A stretch of 64,000 bases of DNA from Coprothermobacterota bacterium (GTDB lineage Bacteria; Caldisericota; JANLFM01). How positions within the stretch are numbered: the first letter of the stretch is position 1; the number at the start of each line of letters is the position of its first letter. Below, in pieces: positions 61,993 to 64,000 of the stretch. The notes below the pieces were generated by a model. That model had not been told where the DNA came from. It worked only from the letters and a program-made list of their open reading frames with translations, and did not search any database. The DNA is taken from assembly GCA_026389455.1 (NCBI GenBank), contig JAPLHV010000020.1, forward strand, positions 16,447 to 80,446, written 5' to 3'. A program made the translations under genes and the position numbers.

Positions 61993-64000
61993 ATCTCGCC
62001 TCGTTGCTTCTCTCTGAACAAGGTATGCGGAAGCTGATCAGCAGCTTGGAAGCAGGTCATCCTCAGCGTCTAGGTCAGGTGGGGGAAGGTCTTCGGCCAC
62101 TTCTCATTTACGCTATTTATCAGTCGTTGCAGCGCCCTCTGCTGTTGCTCTTTGCAGAAGGAGAACCGATGGAGAGGACAGCATCCTTGCTGGCCGAGTG
62201 GGGCCTTCCAGTGTACCCTTTTCCAGCGCTGAAACCGCACTTTGGCGAGAAAGCTCCTGCTGATTCGACTACTCTTGCAACTCGCCTGAGCACGCTGTGG
62301 GAGCTCCGGGGAGATCGTCTGCCGGTAGTCTGCGCAACCTTGAGATCCTTGCTTCAGCCTTGCCCTTCACCCAGCTATTTCAACCAACAGCGCATGGCAT
62401 TTCGTCTCGGCCAAGAGGTGTGGCGTGAGGACTTCCTGAGTTTCCTCAACGGGGCGGGCTATAGCCGAAGCGCCCGAGTGGAAGCGCTCGGTGAATACAG
62501 CCAGCGAGGCGCCATCGTTGATGTGTTCACGCCAAGCTCACCCCTTCCATTGCGCTTCGAATTCGAAGGAGACGTCTTGGCTTCGATACGACTCTTTGAT
62601 CCCAGTGCGCAAGTTTCCGAAGGGCAGGTTGAGGAAGCGCTGCTGCTCCCCTGGCGGGCTTTCTCGATTCATGAGGAAGGGTTGGCGGCAATCCAAGCCG
62701 GCTTGTCTCGCCAGCGCAAGAGGCTGCGCGAGCGCCTTCGGACCAGCGAGGCTCGGTTTCTAGAGGAGACGGTCGGGTCTGACTTGAGATTGTTGGAAAA
62801 GGGAATGCACTTTCTTGGGGAAGAATATTATCACCCTTTCTTCTCTCCCGTAGCTAGTCTTTTATCTCATTTGCTCCCTTCTACCTTGATTCTATCGGAA
62901 GAGGAAGGGAAACTGCAGCAAGCCTTCGAGGAGACGCGGCGCGCCAGTGAAATGTCCTACCGCAGCGCTCTTGATCAAGGCGAGGCAGTCCCGTATGGCA
63001 CGACAGCCCCCGGCAGCGCGACAGCCCGCGGCAGCACGACAGCCCCCGGCAGCACGACAGCCCCCGGCAGCACGACAGCCCCCGGCAGGGTGTCCTGGGA
63101 GATTGGCGCCGGCCAGACCGCTGAGTTTCCCTTGCTTCCCGATTGGTGGTCGCTTCAGGCTGTTTTTCACTCTTTCCCGTCCCTCTCCTTTTCTTCCTTC
63201 GGGGGAGATGTCGATTTCCCTTACCAAGCCTTGCCCTCATACCAGGGGCAACTCTCCGATTTTCTTCCAGTGATGAAGGGATGGTTAAAGGAAGGGCGGC
63301 GGGTGATCCTTGCCGGCAGAGGGATAGCCCGCTACCAGGATCTCTTTCGCAGCCAGGATCTTCCGCTTGAAGAGATGGATTGGGCTCAAGATCTGCAACC
63401 AGGAGCGGCTTATCTGTGGAAAACGGCGCCTGCGCCTGGTTTCACACTTCCCTCCTTGGAATTAACCCTCGTCTCCGAGATGGAGTTGTTCGGTTGGCGG
63501 CGAAAACCAAAAAGCGAGCGCCGTTACCGCGAAGCGAAGATTCTTAGCTCTTGGGAAGAGCTGAAACCAGGGGATCTGGTCGTTCATGAGACATACGGGA
63601 TCGGGCGTTACCAGGGACTGGCCACTCTGGAGATCGATGGTCTTTCTCGAGACTACATCCAGATCTCCTACGCTGACCAGGACAAACTTTATGTTCCCAG
63701 TGAACAGATTTATCTGGTGGCCAAGTACCTAGGAGACAACGTCAAGCTGCCTTCTTTGTCCCGCCTGCATTCCACCGATTGGGCGCGCACCAAACGCAAA
63801 GCACGACGGGCAGTGGCTGAAATTGCACATCAACTGCTGGAGCTATATGCCGCCCGAGAGGTCGCCGCTCCCGAGCCCTATCCCGAGGTTCAGCCTTGGG
63901 AAGAAGATCTCTCCATGACTTTCGCCTTTCCCGAGACAGCAGACCAAGAGAGAGCCATTCAGGATGTCATGAGGGATCTGCAACGGCAAAAACCGATGGA
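61989..64000 (+). CDS. mfd: Transcription-repair coupling factor Mfd (3'-partial, runs off the window) with an in-frame repeat insertion
   Basis: Open frame from the ATG at 61989, which overlaps the pth stop. Hand translation gives GEYSQRGAIVDVFTP, RFEFEGDVLASIRLFD, and later GDLVVHETYGIGRYQGL and YADQDKLYVPSEQ. (TTAPGS)x5 is encoded at 63000-63098. Confidence 0.9.
   Translation, partial: MNLASLLLSEQGMRKLISSLEAGHPQRLGQVGEGLRPLLIYAIYQSLQRPLLLLFAEGEPMERTASLLAEWGLPVYPFPALKPHFGEKAPADSTTLATRLSTLWELRGDRLPVVCATLRSLLQPCPSPSYFNQQRMAFRLGQEVWREDFLSFLNGAGYSRSARVEALGEYSQRGAIVDVFTPSSPLPLRFEFEGDVLASIRLFDPSAQVSEGQVEEALLLPWRAFSIHEEGLAAIQAGLSRQRKRLRERLRTSEARFLEETVGSDLRLLEKGMHFLGEEYYHPFFSPVASLLSHLLPSTLILSEEEGKLQQAFEETRRASEMSYRSALDQGEAVPYGTTAPGSATARGSTTAPGSTTAPGSTTAPGRVSWEIGAGQTAEFPLLPDWWSLQAVFHSFPSLSFSSFGGDVDFPYQALPSYQGQLSDFLPVMKGWLKEGRRVILAGRGIARYQDLFRSQDLPLEEMDWAQDLQPGAAYLWKTAPAPGFTLPSLELTLVSEMELFGWRRKPKSERRYREAKILSSWEELKPGDLVVHETYGIGRYQGLATLEIDGLSRDYIQISYADQDKLYVPSEQIYLVAKYLGDNVKLPSLSRLHSTDWARTKRKARRAVAEIAHQLLELYAAREVAAPEPYPEVQPWEEDLSMTFAFPETADQERAIQDVMRDLQRQKPM
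63000..63098 (-). repeat. Core-family array, reverse orientation, 18-bp period, 5 cores, inside mfd
   Basis: ACGACAGCCCCCGGCAGC-GCGACAGCCCGCGGCAGC-(ACGACAGCCCCCGGCAGC)x2-ACGACAGCCCCCGGCAGGGTGTCCTGG. Confidence 0.92.

Noticed and set aside
38-63098. Assembly or sequencing artefact as the sole explanation of the repeat family.
   Set aside because: There are sixteen loci with different spacers, periods and orientations, point-mutated units within arrays, compensating indels that preserve reading frames, and use of repeat ATGs as gene starts. These are hard to produce artefactually. Exact copy numbers could still be wrong in a short-read assembly.
1-64000. Mobile genetic element, prophage or defence island somewhere in the window.
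   Set aside because: No integrase, transposase, recombinase, phage structural, toxin-antitoxin, restriction-modification or cas-like ORF was recognised. The tRNA genes are not flanked by att-like direct repeats that I could see.

Overview
This is a GC-rich bacterial chromosomal segment (mid to upper 50s % by eye, not computed), and almost all of it is housekeeping. Positions 77-9601 are mostly minus-strand: a GH13-like hydrolase, tRNA-Leu, uppS, a WecA/MraY-like transferase and a zinc-ribbon/Ig-repeat protein, with an ECF sigma/anti-sigma-like pair on the plus strand. From 9853 to the end every supported gene is on the plus strand. Synteny is Firmicutes-like: rimP-nusA-ylxR-infB-(ylxP remnant)-rbfA-nrnA-truB-ribF-rpsO-pnp-dut-udg-rnj-ftsK, then rpsF-ssb-rpsR-rplI-dnaB, then glmU-like-prs-ctc-pth-mfd. 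Positions 15014-27013 hold a lysine-fermentation cluster (kdd, kamA, P-loop and MutS-like accessory genes, kamD, kamE, kce, thiolase) with a divergent pyrG embedded in it. There are four tRNAs (Leu-CAA, Lys-UUU, Glu-UUC, Gln-UUG). No transposase, integrase, phage, CRISPR-Cas or defence genes are visible. The main unexplained signal is a dispersed family of short, near-perfect tandem arrays built on a conserved core, CTGCCG(G/C)(G/A)GGCT, with a GAACAC/GGACTC-type flank. It occurs at 16 loci, with more than 60 core copies by hand count. Most arrays have an 18-bp period. They sit exactly on gene junctions or in frame inside conserved genes (pyrG, thyX, mfd, kamD C-terminus, a P-loop ORF, a ylxP remnant). 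At argS and pth the same 18-bp unit supplies in-frame SD-like/ATG modules. A second, smaller palindromic element family (ATGGRRACAGATTT-S-AAATCTGTCCCCAT) occurs twice. All calls come from reading the sequence and recalled family motifs; no searches were run.
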